From the NCBI GenBank assembly GCA_964634935.1, contig CAZWJT010000007.1, positions 13,808 to 77,807 on the forward strand: DNA of 64,000 nt. The letters are read 5' to 3'. This document shows, piece by piece, positions 9,735 to 18,174 of this stretch. The stretch is from an uncultured Planctomycetia bacterium. Its GTDB lineage: Bacteria > Omnitrophota > Gorgyraeia > Duberdicusellales > Duberdicusellaceae. The notes under the pieces were generated by a model. That model ran no database searches. It saw only the letters and a list, made by a program, of their open reading frames with translations, and was not told the DNA's origin. The position numbers and the translations under genes were made by a program. Numbering within the stretch: the stretch's first letter is position 1; each line of letters begins with the position of its first letter.

Positions 9735-10481
9735 ATGAAGATACCCAGTTTTACCTTTATTATTTTAGTTGCAGTTTTTATTCTTTGTGGATGTGCCTCG
9801 TTAGATCAGATGGCTCAACCAAGCGCTCAGGTGGATACAACTGCGGGAACGCAACCGTTACCGCCTTATGCTGGTCCAAAGTCTCGCATTGCAATCGCTG
9901 ATTTTGAAGTGAAAGCGGCTCGGGCGACTGGGGCGATTGGTTCTGGATTGCGTGAAATGTTGATTACAGCCTTGGTTACCAGCAATCGGTTTAGTGTTCT
10001 TGAGCGGCAGGTGCTGGATGCGGTGATGCAAGAACAAGAATTGGCCAGTTCTGGAGCAGCCCAACAGGGCACTGGACCTCAGCGCGGACAGATTAAAACC
10101 GCTGATCTTATTGTTACTGCGGCAGTTACTGAATTTGAACCAGAAGCTTCAGGAACCGGTGCTGGTATCGGTGGCGGAGGAGTAGTCGGCGGGGGACTTC
10201 TGGGAGGTTTACTGGGAGGTAGCATGAATACGGCGCATATGGCTTTAGATATTCGTATCATCGATGCCTCTACGTCGGAAGTCATTGCTGTAACCAGAGT
10301 TCAAGGGCAAGCCAAGGAGATAAATGCTGCGGTTATGGCAGGTTTTTTTGGCGGTTGGGGGTTGGGAGCCGGTCTTTCTGGATATGCAAACACCCCGATG
10401 GAGAAAGCGATTCGAGTCTGTATTATTGAAGCTGTACGGTATATTTCTCAAGCAATACCACCACAGTATTATAAATATTAA
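9735..10481 (+). CDS. CsgG/HfaB-family secretion lipoprotein (curli-type secretion channel)
   Basis: Lipobox LCGC. Blocks aligning to E. coli CsgG: RIAIADFEVKA…MLITALVTSNRFSVLERQVLDAVMQEQEL…ADLIVTAAVTEFEP…GAGIGGGG…MALDIRIIDASTSEVI. Confidence 0.8.
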   Translation: MKIPSFTFIILVAVFILCGCASLDQMAQPSAQVDTTAGTQPLPPYAGPKSRIAIADFEVKAARATGAIGSGLREMLITALVTSNRFSVLERQVLDAVMQEQELASSGAAQQGTGPQRGQIKTADLIVTAAVTEFEPEASGTGAGIGGGGVVGGGLLGGLLGGSMNTAHMALDIRIIDASTSEVIAVTRVQGQAKEINAAVMAGFFGGWGLGAGLSGYANTPMEKAIRVCIIEAVRYISQAIPPQYYKY

Positions 10482-11653
10482 TGAAGGTTTTTTCACGATA
10501 CTCTCCAGGCGTTTATGGCTGGAGAATCGTTGTTTTGCTTCTGATGGGTTTTCTGCATTTCTCAACCAGCGCAGTTGACGAACAAAATATTTGTGATGCT
10601 GTTTTGACCCAGGCAACTGCCTTTCTTGAAGCAGGGGATGTTTCAGCCGCGACCGCGGTTTTACAGAAAGCTGTTCAATGTTCAACCCGCTTTGAATATT
10701 CGAATGCTTTGGGTTTCATTGCTCTTTCCCAAAAAGACCTTGTGAGGAGTTTTGATTATTTTAAAAAAGCAGCAGAAAAAATTCCATCTGGGCATCCTTC
10801 GGAGCACCTTGTTTATTATAACCTCGGGTTTTGCGCTTCCCAACATGGAGACTATGAAAACGCTCGCCTATACTACGAGAAATCAATTTCCTTAAAGCCG
10901 GATTTTGCTCAAGGTTTTTATAACCTTGGATTGGTTTTTCTTCATCAGGGGGATTCAGCGAAAGCATCGTTTCACCTCAAAAAGGCCGAAGAGCTTTTTC
11001 TGCAATCCGGCAATCAAGAATTAAGTAATGCCGCCAAGGGCCTTATTCTATCGCTTGGCGTTTTCAATGAAGACCAGCCTGAAGAAGGCGGCATTCTGTC
11101 TTCCGGCGAAGCTTCCCAGCCGAGAGGAAACGATGCAGTAACCTTGAATACGGATGAAAGCCCGCAAGAGAATACAGTCAGTTTACTTGAGAAGAGTTCT
11201 TTACTTTTTCGGGATGGTTCGTTTCCTGAGGCGCAAGCGGTTCTCGAAGATGTTATCCGCAAAGACCCATATTGCGTTCAGGCGTATTATCGTTTGGGGT
11301 TAGTTCGGATCTCACAAAATGATTACCAGGGAGCAATTGGATATTTTGAAAAAGTACTTGCCCTTGATCCTCAGTTTTCTCGGGCGTATGTCAATCTCGG
11401 AGTGATTTATAGTAAACTTGCAAAGCCTGAGCAAGCTTTTGAATATTTTAAAAAGGCCTATGCGCTGGAACCCAATAATCCAAAAGTAGTATATGACTTG
11501 GCGGTACTCTATCAGAAGATGGGACAGTATGAGCACGCCAAGAATTTTTTTAAGACTGCAGTTCAGTGTGCCACCCAAGAGGGGAATAACGAGATAATTG
11601 AGAAGTCTTCGAGAGCGCTTTCTGCACTTCAGGCCGTCCCGGAAAACCAATAA
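10481..11653 (+). CDS. Secreted TPR-repeat protein
   Basis: N-terminal signal/anchor, then multiple 34-aa TPR-like repeats (…YYNLG…A..Y..A..L.P…). Confidence 0.7.
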   Translation: MKVFSRYSPGVYGWRIVVLLLMGFLHFSTSAVDEQNICDAVLTQATAFLEAGDVSAATAVLQKAVQCSTRFEYSNALGFIALSQKDLVRSFDYFKKAAEKIPSGHPSEHLVYYNLGFCASQHGDYENARLYYEKSISLKPDFAQGFYNLGLVFLHQGDSAKASFHLKKAEELFLQSGNQELSNAAKGLILSLGVFNEDQPEEGGILSSGEASQPRGNDAVTLNTDESPQENTVSLLEKSSLLFRDGSFPEAQAVLEDVIRKDPYCVQAYYRLGLVRISQNDYQGAIGYFEKVLALDPQFSRAYVNLGVIYSKLAKPEQAFEYFKKAYALEPNNPKVVYDLAVLYQKMGQYEHAKNFFKTAVQCATQEGNNEIIEKSSRALSALQAVPENQ

Positions 11654-11661
11654 AAAGAAAA

Positions 11662-11731
11662 AAACAACAGCCAGCGCTTCAATGCTGTCTTGTTGTTTTC
11701 AAAACGAGCAGCAGGTCCGCGCGCCTGCTGC
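11662..11731. terminator. Pair of hairpins forming bidirectional terminators between convergent genes
   Basis: Hairpin 1: AACAACAG…CTGTCTTGTTGTTTT (serves + strand). Hairpin 2: GCAGCAGG-TCCGCGCG-CCTGCTGC with a T-rich tail on the minus strand. Confidence 0.5.
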
Positions 11732-11755
11732 CCAAAAGATCTATGCTTTAATAGC

Positions 11756-12070
11756 TTACTTCCATTCTTCGAAAATGAATTCAGGTTCCATGAGCGGGTC
11801 CGTAGGAATTGGGAAAGATACAGTGTCGTATGTTCCGGTTACGACGCGAAGTACTGAGTAGATTGATCCTTTTATCGGACCAAAGATAAGTCCGGTAAGC
11901 GGATCATGGTCGCGGGAAACAACATATATCTGAGTGGGCACTTCTAGCCAACTGGTCAATATATTTGTTACCCCTCGTCCCAATTTTTCACCTGGATTGT
12001 TTGCCGCGTATCCAGCAACGCTGAACCCGATGAGAAAAACAAGTGTGATTGCGATAACCTTTTTCAACAT
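11756..12070 (-). CDS. Small secreted protein (possibly exosortase-associated TIGR04073-like)
   Basis: 104 aa with signal peptide; …KLGRGVTNILTSWLEVP… motif recalled from a small exosortase-associated family. Weak call. Confidence 0.4.
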   Translation of the reverse strand: MLKKVIAITLVFLIGFSVAGYAANNPGEKLGRGVTNILTSWLEVPTQIYVVSRDHDPLTGLIFGPIKGSIYSVLRVVTGTYDTVSFPIPTDPLMEPEFIFEEWK

Positions 12071-12298
12071 AAGTCCTCCTTCCTTTAGTCACGGTCAATG
12101 TATAGCACAGAGCTGCAGAATTTTTCAAGGTAGCCTGCGCAAGTTCTCTTGGATCGTAAAGCAGGATTAAGCGATTCTGTTCTTATTTCTCAAGGCATAT
12201 TTTACCGCGGCTATGGCGCTGAATACGTTTTCATGAACCACAAAAAAGATGCCGGTTTTTCATTTTTGACAGGGAGTTCTTAATTTTTTCAGAAATTT

Positions 12299-12307
12299 GT
12301 GCTACAA
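12299..12307 (+). promoter_or_regulatory. Extended -10 element (TGcTACAAT) upstream of mtnA
   Basis: TGnTAnAAT-like sequence about 10 nt upstream of ATG 12318; would give a very short or absent leader. Confidence 0.25.
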
Positions 12308-12317
12308 TCTCAGTATT

Positions 12318-13355
12318 ATGCGCCGTGCGTTATGGCTTAAAAATAAGCAGCTTTTTATTCTCGACCAGACTCGGCTTCCAACCCGTGCAGTATATCTGCG
12401 GTGCAGGACGCTTTCTGACTGCTTTTCGGCTTTACGGAAACTTCAAGTGCGCGGGGCGCCCTTGATTGGTGTTTTTGCGGGATACGCTGTTTATGTTTCT
12501 TTGAAGGATAGAGGGAATACGAAAAAGAGTTTTCCCCGGCAGTTTTATCAGGTGTTGGAGTGTCTTCGTAAAAGCAGGCCAACAGCGGTGAATCTATTCT
12601 GGGCACTGAAACGCATGGAACAAAAATTCCAAGCTGTTCAAGATTCTTCTCCAGAGGAAATAATGGAAGCTCTTTTTGAGGAGGCATCCGCTATCCACCG
12701 CGAAGATATTCGAGCGTGCACCGCGATTGGAAAATATGGTCTTTCGGTAGTAGAAAAGAAAGATCGCATTCTTACTCATTGTAACGCTGGATTTTTAGCA
12801 ACCTCCGGCGATGGAACAGCTCTTTCAGTGTTCTATCAGGCACAAAAGGCGCATCGGGAGATCAGGGTATATAATACGGAAACTCGCCCTTTACTCCAGG
12901 GTTCCCGGCTTACCGCGTGGGAGCTCCTGCAGCGCGGGATACGAACAACGCTGCTTACTGATAATATGGCTGGGTTTTTGATGCAGAAGAAAATGATCAA
13001 CAAAATTATCGTCGGAGCAGACCGGATTACTGCGCATGGAGATGTTGCAAATAAAGTAGGTACATATTCATTGGCTGTTTTGGCCGCTGCGCACAAAATT
13101 CCTTTCTATGTAGCTGCTCCTTGTTCGACATTCGATCGTCTGCTTATAAGAGGGGAGGATATTCCTATTGAAGAAAGGAATCCTCAGGAAGTAAAAGAAT
13201 ATGCCGGGAAAGTGGTTGCGCCTTTAAAGGTGAAAGTATGGAATCCGGCCTTTGACATAACTCCCAGCAGGTATATTACGGGGTTTATCACTGATTACGG
13301 GATCATTAGACCGCCATTCTTGTCTCAGATAAGAAAAACATTTACCCATGGATGA
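12318..13355 (+). CDS. mtnA: S-methyl-5-thioribose-1-phosphate isomerase (eIF-2B alpha/beta/delta family)
   Basis: MRRALWLKNKQLFILDQTRLP…GAPLIGV… and later …TLLTDNMAG…IIVGADRI…NKVGTY… typical of MtnA. Confidence 0.8.
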   Translation: MRRALWLKNKQLFILDQTRLPTRAVYLRCRTLSDCFSALRKLQVRGAPLIGVFAGYAVYVSLKDRGNTKKSFPRQFYQVLECLRKSRPTAVNLFWALKRMEQKFQAVQDSSPEEIMEALFEEASAIHREDIRACTAIGKYGLSVVEKKDRILTHCNAGFLATSGDGTALSVFYQAQKAHREIRVYNTETRPLLQGSRLTAWELLQRGIRTTLLTDNMAGFLMQKKMINKIIVGADRITAHGDVANKVGTYSLAVLAAAHKIPFYVAAPCSTFDRLLIRGEDIPIEERNPQEVKEYAGKVVAPLKVKVWNPAFDITPSRYITGFITDYGIIRPPFLSQIRKTFTHG

Positions 13356-14220
13356 ATTATCGCTGATTGAGGAACTGAAAAAAACGAAAGTTTCTAAATC
13401 TGTTCGTTTGGGAATAGGAGATGATGCCGCTGTTTTAGAGAGCCCAAAAAAGCTTCTTGTTTTTTGCGGGGATATGATTATTGAGGGCGTGCATTTTCTA
13501 CCGGGGCGCTGTACATACGAAGCGATTGGGCATAAAGCAGCAGCCAGGACTTTAAGCGATATCGCGGCAATGGCTGCTATTCCAAGATATCTCGGGGTTT
13601 CTTTGGCTCTCCCTGCAAAAAAAGTTCGGGCTTCTAAGGCGATTCTCAAAGGAATAAAAAGATTGATCGGCAGATTTTCATGTGATCTGGTTGGAGGAGA
13701 CTTGAGCTCGGCGCCATTGATTTTTGTCGATACTTGGTGCGTGGGAGAGGTTGAAAAGAATAGATATCTTACGCGGGCAGGCGCCAAGAGCGGTGATGGT
13801 ATTTTTGTGAGCGGTAGATTGGGTGGCTCTCTGAAAGGGCATCATTTGCGTTTTCTGCCAAAGATTGAACAGAGCAGAACATTGCGCAGGAGAATTCCCA
13901 TACATGCGATGATTGATATTTCGGACGGATTGGTTGTTGATCTTTGGCGGGTACTTTCCGCAAGCGGCAAAGGGGCTTTGCTTTTTGCAGAAAAGATACC
14001 CCTTACTCGGGAAGCGCAGAACCTAGATGATGCGCTTTTTTCCGGAGAGGATTACGAACTCCTTTTTACCGCTCCGTTGCGGCATGCTTCTCAGATTATA
14101 CGTATGGGTTGTTTTCAGATTGGAGTCATTACTGAACGGAAGTTTGGTTTTTTCTTGGTGGATAAGCAGAATCATTATCGGCCGCTTGATTATCGAAAAG
14201 GGTTTCAACATTTTTCATGA
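13348..14220 (+). CDS. thiL: Thiamine-monophosphate kinase
   Basis: N-terminal ELSLIEEL…GIGDDAAVL… and AIR-synthase-related fold motifs; 8-nt overlap with mtnA. Confidence 0.8.
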   Translation: MDELSLIEELKKTKVSKSVRLGIGDDAAVLESPKKLLVFCGDMIIEGVHFLPGRCTYEAIGHKAAARTLSDIAAMAAIPRYLGVSLALPAKKVRASKAILKGIKRLIGRFSCDLVGGDLSSAPLIFVDTWCVGEVEKNRYLTRAGAKSGDGIFVSGRLGGSLKGHHLRFLPKIEQSRTLRRRIPIHAMIDISDGLVVDLWRVLSASGKGALLFAEKIPLTREAQNLDDALFSGEDYELLFTAPLRHASQIIRMGCFQIGVITERKFGFFLVDKQNHYRPLDYRKGFQHFS

Positions 14221-14666
14221 CAACAAAGAGCATTTCACCAGCGCAGACACGCATCCTGGCAAGAAAAATTGCTCGGACTTTATCCCCCGGAGACACCATC
14301 GCTCTTTCGGGAGATTTAGGGGTAGGGAAGACTACCTTTGTGAAAGGGGTGCTTCAAGGGTTTGGTTTTCCGGAAAACAATGTCATTAGCCCGTCATTTG
14401 TGCTGATGCGAACCTATTCAACTCGTTTCGGGAAAGTACACCATTTTGATTTATACCGGTTGAATCATCCAGCTCTCGAGCAGTTTGCTGATTTATGGGA
14501 AGCTCTTGAGGACGGCAGTTCGCTCAAGATTATTGAATGGGCAGATTGTATCGAGAAATTTCTTCCTCAAAAGACCATTTTCGTCGAGATAAGGTTTCTT
14601 TTAAATCAAGCTCGGAAAATCAGCATCATCGACAAGAGAAATGTATTGATCGGGAGGGTAGTATGA
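14217..14666 (+). CDS. tsaE: tRNA threonylcarbamoyladenosine biosynthesis ATPase TsaE
   Basis: Walker A GDLGVGKTTFVKG in a ~150-aa protein; ATGA overlap with thiL. Confidence 0.8.
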   Translation: MTTKSISPAQTRILARKIARTLSPGDTIALSGDLGVGKTTFVKGVLQGFGFPENNVISPSFVLMRTYSTRFGKVHHFDLYRLNHPALEQFADLWEALEDGSSLKIIEWADCIEKFLPQKTIFVEIRFLLNQARKISIIDKRNVLIGRVV

Positions 14667-15361
14667 ATATTCTTGCTTTTGACAGCTCAACCAGCCTGTT
14701 GAGTATCGCGCTTCTCCAGGACGAAAAGATTTCTGATATAAACGTATTCCGCACAGAAGGCATAAATTTCTTTTTCCTCGTCGATGATTTACTGAAAACC
14801 CAAAACATGAAGCTTGTGGATATTGATGCGATTTGCGTTGGGCTCGGTCCGGGATCTTTCACCGGCTTAAGAGTTTCTGGCGCAATTGCCAAGGGGTTTA
14901 GCCTCGCGCTTCAGAAGCCGCTTATCGGTATTTCCAGTTTCTGTTCGATCGCCTACCAGACTGCGATAATGGGGGATGTGGTAGTATTGGAAAATGCGGG
15001 GCGTAATCTTGTATACGCTGGTTATTTTCATCTCGATGCAAAACTCAATATTACCCGCAAACAAAAAGAAACGCTTTCGTCCCTTGATACGTTTTTAAAG
15101 ACTCTTCGGACAGAGCCTATATTTACGGGAGAAAGTTTCCGTTTCATGCAAGATATCCGCGAAAAATTTCCGAGAGCGTTCATCATTCCGTTTTCAGTCT
15201 ATCCTTTAGCTCGGTTTCTATTGAAAGAAGCAAAGCGAAGATTTGAGAAAGAGCTTTTTACTGATATAGAGAAGCTTTTTCCGTTATACCTTTATTCAAA
15301 GGTATGTCAGATACGAGGTGCTTCTGCTTTCATAAAAAATCCGCAAAAGCATAAAAAATGA
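14663..15361 (+). CDS. tsaB: tRNA t6A biosynthesis protein TsaB (YeaZ)
   Basis: MNILAFDSSTSLLSIALL… typical TsaB N-terminus. Start placed at ATG 14663, overlapping the tsaE stop. Confidence 0.75.
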   Translation: MNILAFDSSTSLLSIALLQDEKISDINVFRTEGINFFFLVDDLLKTQNMKLVDIDAICVGLGPGSFTGLRVSGAIAKGFSLALQKPLIGISSFCSIAYQTAIMGDVVVLENAGRNLVYAGYFHLDAKLNITRKQKETLSSLDTFLKTLRTEPIFTGESFRFMQDIREKFPRAFIIPFSVYPLARFLLKEAKRRFEKELFTDIEKLFPLYLYSKVCQIRGASAFIKNPQKHKK

Positions 15362-16467
15362 TCCACGACAGCTGGGTAGAAGTAAACCTTACGCACCTTG
15401 CCGGAAATTACCGGAGAATCAAAGCCGCGCTCGGGCGTACCGTGAAGGTTTTGGGCGTGGTCAAACAAGAAGCATATGGACATGGTCTTTTAACCGTGAG
15501 TAAAGCATTAGAGCAGAAGGGCATAGATTTTTTAGGAGTACATAATACCGAAGAAGCTTTGCAGCTTCGTCAGGGAGGGGTTAAAATTCCAATTTTAGTT
15601 TTAAGCCGTGTTCTTCTTCCTCAGGATTTTGAGCAGATAGCCGCGCGGGGAATTCGCCTTTCCATTGCTGATTCGGATATTCTGAATTCAGTCATTTCGG
15701 CCGGGAATTCCCTGAAGCATGTGCTTCGCGTGCATCTTAAGATTGATACCGGGATGAACAGGCTTGGTTTTTACTATAAAGATGTTCCTTGGATCATCGA
15801 AAAGCTTCTCGATTACAACAGCAGAGTTGGCGTTGAGGGCGTATTCTCACATTTATCTTCAGCGGATAGCGACCACGAATACACGAGGCTTCAGCGGGAA
15901 CGTTTTGAGTATGTGAGGAAGAAGCTTGCTCAGAAAAATATCCTTATTCCAATTTTTCATCTTGCCAATAGCGCAGGGGTAGCTCAGAGTGAACACCATT
16001 TCAACATGGTGCGGGCTGGTCTCTCGCTGTACGGCGTGAAGCCATTTGGCAAGTTTCAAATACCGCTTCAGCCCGTTCTTGAGTTTAAAACCAGGGTTGT
16101 TTCTTTGCGTAGGATTCCTTCAGCCAGCCGGGTAAGCTATGGAGGCACATTTGTTACTAAAAAACCGACCAATACCGCGGTTATTTCTTGCGGCTATGCC
16201 TATGGATATCCCTGGGCTCTTTCCAACAAAGGCTGGGTATTGATTCGAGGGAAAAAAGCCAGGATTCTTGGGAGAGTTTGCATGGACCATATTATCGTTG
16301 ATGTATCTTGTATTCCGGGGGTTTCAGTTGGTGACGAAGTTGTTCTTTTAGGCAAGCAGGGTAAAGAAGTGATTACTGCTGATTGCCTGGCTGCACTCGC
16401 TGCTACAATTCCCTATGAAATTCTTTGCGGCATTTCTCATACTATTCCGCGCGTTCCAGTTCGATAA
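15358..16467 (+). CDS. alr: Alanine racemase
   Basis: PLP-lysine motif VVKQEAYGHG plus C-terminal alanine-racemase blocks; 369 aa. Confidence 0.85.
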   Translation: MIHDSWVEVNLTHLAGNYRRIKAALGRTVKVLGVVKQEAYGHGLLTVSKALEQKGIDFLGVHNTEEALQLRQGGVKIPILVLSRVLLPQDFEQIAARGIRLSIADSDILNSVISAGNSLKHVLRVHLKIDTGMNRLGFYYKDVPWIIEKLLDYNSRVGVEGVFSHLSSADSDHEYTRLQRERFEYVRKKLAQKNILIPIFHLANSAGVAQSEHHFNMVRAGLSLYGVKPFGKFQIPLQPVLEFKTRVVSLRRIPSASRVSYGGTFVTKKPTNTAVISCGYAYGYPWALSNKGWVLIRGKKARILGRVCMDHIIVDVSCIPGVSVGDEVVLLGKQGKEVITADCLAALAATIPYEILCGISHTIPRVPVR

Positions 16468-16484
16468 GCCCATTTTTTAACACG

Positions 16485-16518
16485 AAATAAAAAACACAGG
16501 GAGGAGATTACTCCTCCC
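16485..16518. terminator. Rho-independent terminator (hairpin GGGAGGAG-ATTA-CTCCTCCC)
   Basis: A/T runs flank the hairpin; T-run on the minus strand downstream of tRNA-Ala, and directly after alr on the plus strand. Confidence 0.65.
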
Positions 16519-16666
16519 CGTGACTAAAGAAACGCGCGGCATGAAAGGTCTGGTGCTGTGTGGTTCAGGTATACCATATCTTTCCCGAAAATTGCAAGGG
16601 TATTTCTTTAGGTTTTCCAATCATTTTTTCTGGTAGTCCGGCAAAGAGGTAGGCGGGATACATTTT

Positions 16667-16739
16667 ATGGAGCTGGGGAGATTTGAACTCCCGACACCAA
16701 CGCTGCCAGCGTTGTGCTCTCCCAACTGAGCTACAGCCC
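16667..16739 (-). tRNA. tRNA-Ala (anticodon GGC)
   Basis: Reverse complement GGGGCTGTAGCTCAGTTGGGAGAGCACAACGCTGGCAGCGTTG…GGGAGTTCAAATCTCCCCAGCTCCA folds as a cloverleaf; anticodon loop CTGGCAG. Confidence 0.85.
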
Positions 16740-16899
16740 CTTAAGAAATTACTTGAAGATTCTGTTCAACGCAACACAACCGGAGCAAACATCTCATTTC
16801 AGGAGGATGAAAAGGTAATCGATAACGAATATATCATACCTGCATTTTGTAAATTGACAAGGATAAAGTAGGATGTTATGATTATACCCGGTTTCTTAC

Positions 16900-16982
16900 G
16901 CCGGGGTGTTGGAATGGCAGACAAGTCGGTCTCAAAAACCGATGGGGGCAACCCCGTAAGGGTTCAAGTCCCTTCCCCGGCA
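16900..16982 (+). tRNA. tRNA-Leu (anticodon CAA), long variable arm
   Basis: GCCGGGG acceptor, anticodon stem TCGGT/ACCGA with loop CTCAAAA, variable arm GGGG…CCCC, T-arm AAGGGTTCAAGTCCCTT. Confidence 0.85.
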
Positions 16983-17091
16983 GATAGTCCCGGTATTGCA
17001 AAATGAGTTACTTACAGTACAATGAAATTCATTATTGGCTTTCTGGTTTTGCTGCCATGTATTGAATTTTACTAAATCGGATTACTCTTGT

Positions 17092-17166
17092 GGCCCCATC
17101 GTCTAGCCTGGCCTAGGACACATGGTTCTCAACCATGTGACACGGGTTCAAATCCCGTTGGGGCTG
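17092..17166 (+). tRNA. tRNA-Glu (anticodon CTC)
   Basis: GGCCCCATCGTCTAGCCTGGCCTAGGACAC D-arm typical of tRNA-Glu; anticodon loop TTCTCAA; T-loop GGGTTCAAATCCC. Confidence 0.8.
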
Positions 17167-17333
17167 ATATATTGTACCAAAGGAAAGATTGCATGTATTG
17201 CAAGCACGGTCGAGAAACAAAATGATAGCAAGTGGCTACTTTTTTGTCATGATCCAGAACTGCAGTTTTCCGTCGCATCCGGAAGAAGATCTGTTCGGAG
17301 AATGTAAAATGATCAAGAACGAAAATTAAGGAT

Positions 17334-18173
17334 ATGAAGCTGGGGGTGCATGTTTCGATCGCCGGGGGATTTGGGAAAGCTTTAGAGCGTACCGAAAATT
17401 TAGGATGCAATACTTTACAGATTTTTTTGCGTAATCCGCGCGCCTTTAAACGATCTCCGTTTGACCGGGACGATGCTGCTTTATTCTTGAGCAAACGACG
17501 AGAGAAGAATATCGCTCCTCTTGTAGTCCATGAAGTGTATACGCGGAATCTCGCCAGCTCAAAAAAAGATTTCTACTATCTTACGATCAAGGAATTTATT
17601 CGTGACATAAAAGATGTTACCCTGCTTGGCGCTGAATATATCGTGACACACTTAGGAAGTTTCAAGGGTTCAACGTATCAATCGGGGATGAAACGGGTTG
17701 TGAGCGCTCTCAAGAGCATTCTTGCCGAAACCCCTTCGACAACGACAATTCTTTTGGAAAATACATCGGGAAGCGGCCAGTGGCTAGGGGCGTATTGGAG
17801 CGAACTTCAGTATGTTTTTGAGCATCTTAAATGGCCGAACAATCTTGGTGTGTGTTTTGATACCTGTCACGCGTGGGCCGCAGGTTACGATTTGCAGAGC
17901 TCAAAGGGTATCGATGCTGTATTCACTGAGATTGAAAAGACAATAAGCTTACGGAAGATCCAGGTAATTCATCTCAACGACACAAAAGATAAACTGGGTT
18001 CAAAAAAAGACCGGCACGCCCATATCGGAGAAGGGAAGATTGGCTATGCTGGTTTTTCTCGGATTCTCAATCATCCTGGTTTTGGCGATTGTGCGTTTAT
18101 TCTGGAGACACCGAAAGATTCAGAAGATGACGATAGGCGTAATTTAGAAGCGGTACGTTCCCTTAAAGCATAA
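17334..18173 (+). CDS. nfo: Deoxyribonuclease IV (endonuclease IV)
   Basis: MKLGVHVSIAGG… N-terminus and TIM-barrel AP-endonuclease family-2 His/Asp/Glu metal ligands. Confidence 0.85.
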   Translation: MKLGVHVSIAGGFGKALERTENLGCNTLQIFLRNPRAFKRSPFDRDDAALFLSKRREKNIAPLVVHEVYTRNLASSKKDFYYLTIKEFIRDIKDVTLLGAEYIVTHLGSFKGSTYQSGMKRVVSALKSILAETPSTTTILLENTSGSGQWLGAYWSELQYVFEHLKWPNNLGVCFDTCHAWAAGYDLQSSKGIDAVFTEIEKTISLRKIQVIHLNDTKDKLGSKKDRHAHIGEGKIGYAGFSRILNHPGFGDCAFILETPKDSEDDDRRNLEAVRSLKA

Positions 18174-18174
18174 G

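Noticed and set aside
10079-10285. Pro-rich minus-strand ORF (PPRSPPPTTPPPP)
   Set aside because: It is antisense to the Gly-rich region of the CsgG-like gene, a reverse-complement artefact.
11598-11861. 87-aa plus-strand ORF
   Set aside because: It spans the terminator hairpins and overlaps the convergent minus-strand gene; no coding evidence.
16485-17330. Mobile element or genomic island at the tRNA cluster
   Set aside because: No integrase, transposase or flanking direct repeats are visible in the window.
17122-17494. ORFs 17122..17307 (+) and 17129..17494 (-)
   Set aside because: They overlap tRNA-Glu and the nfo promoter region and have no coding signal.
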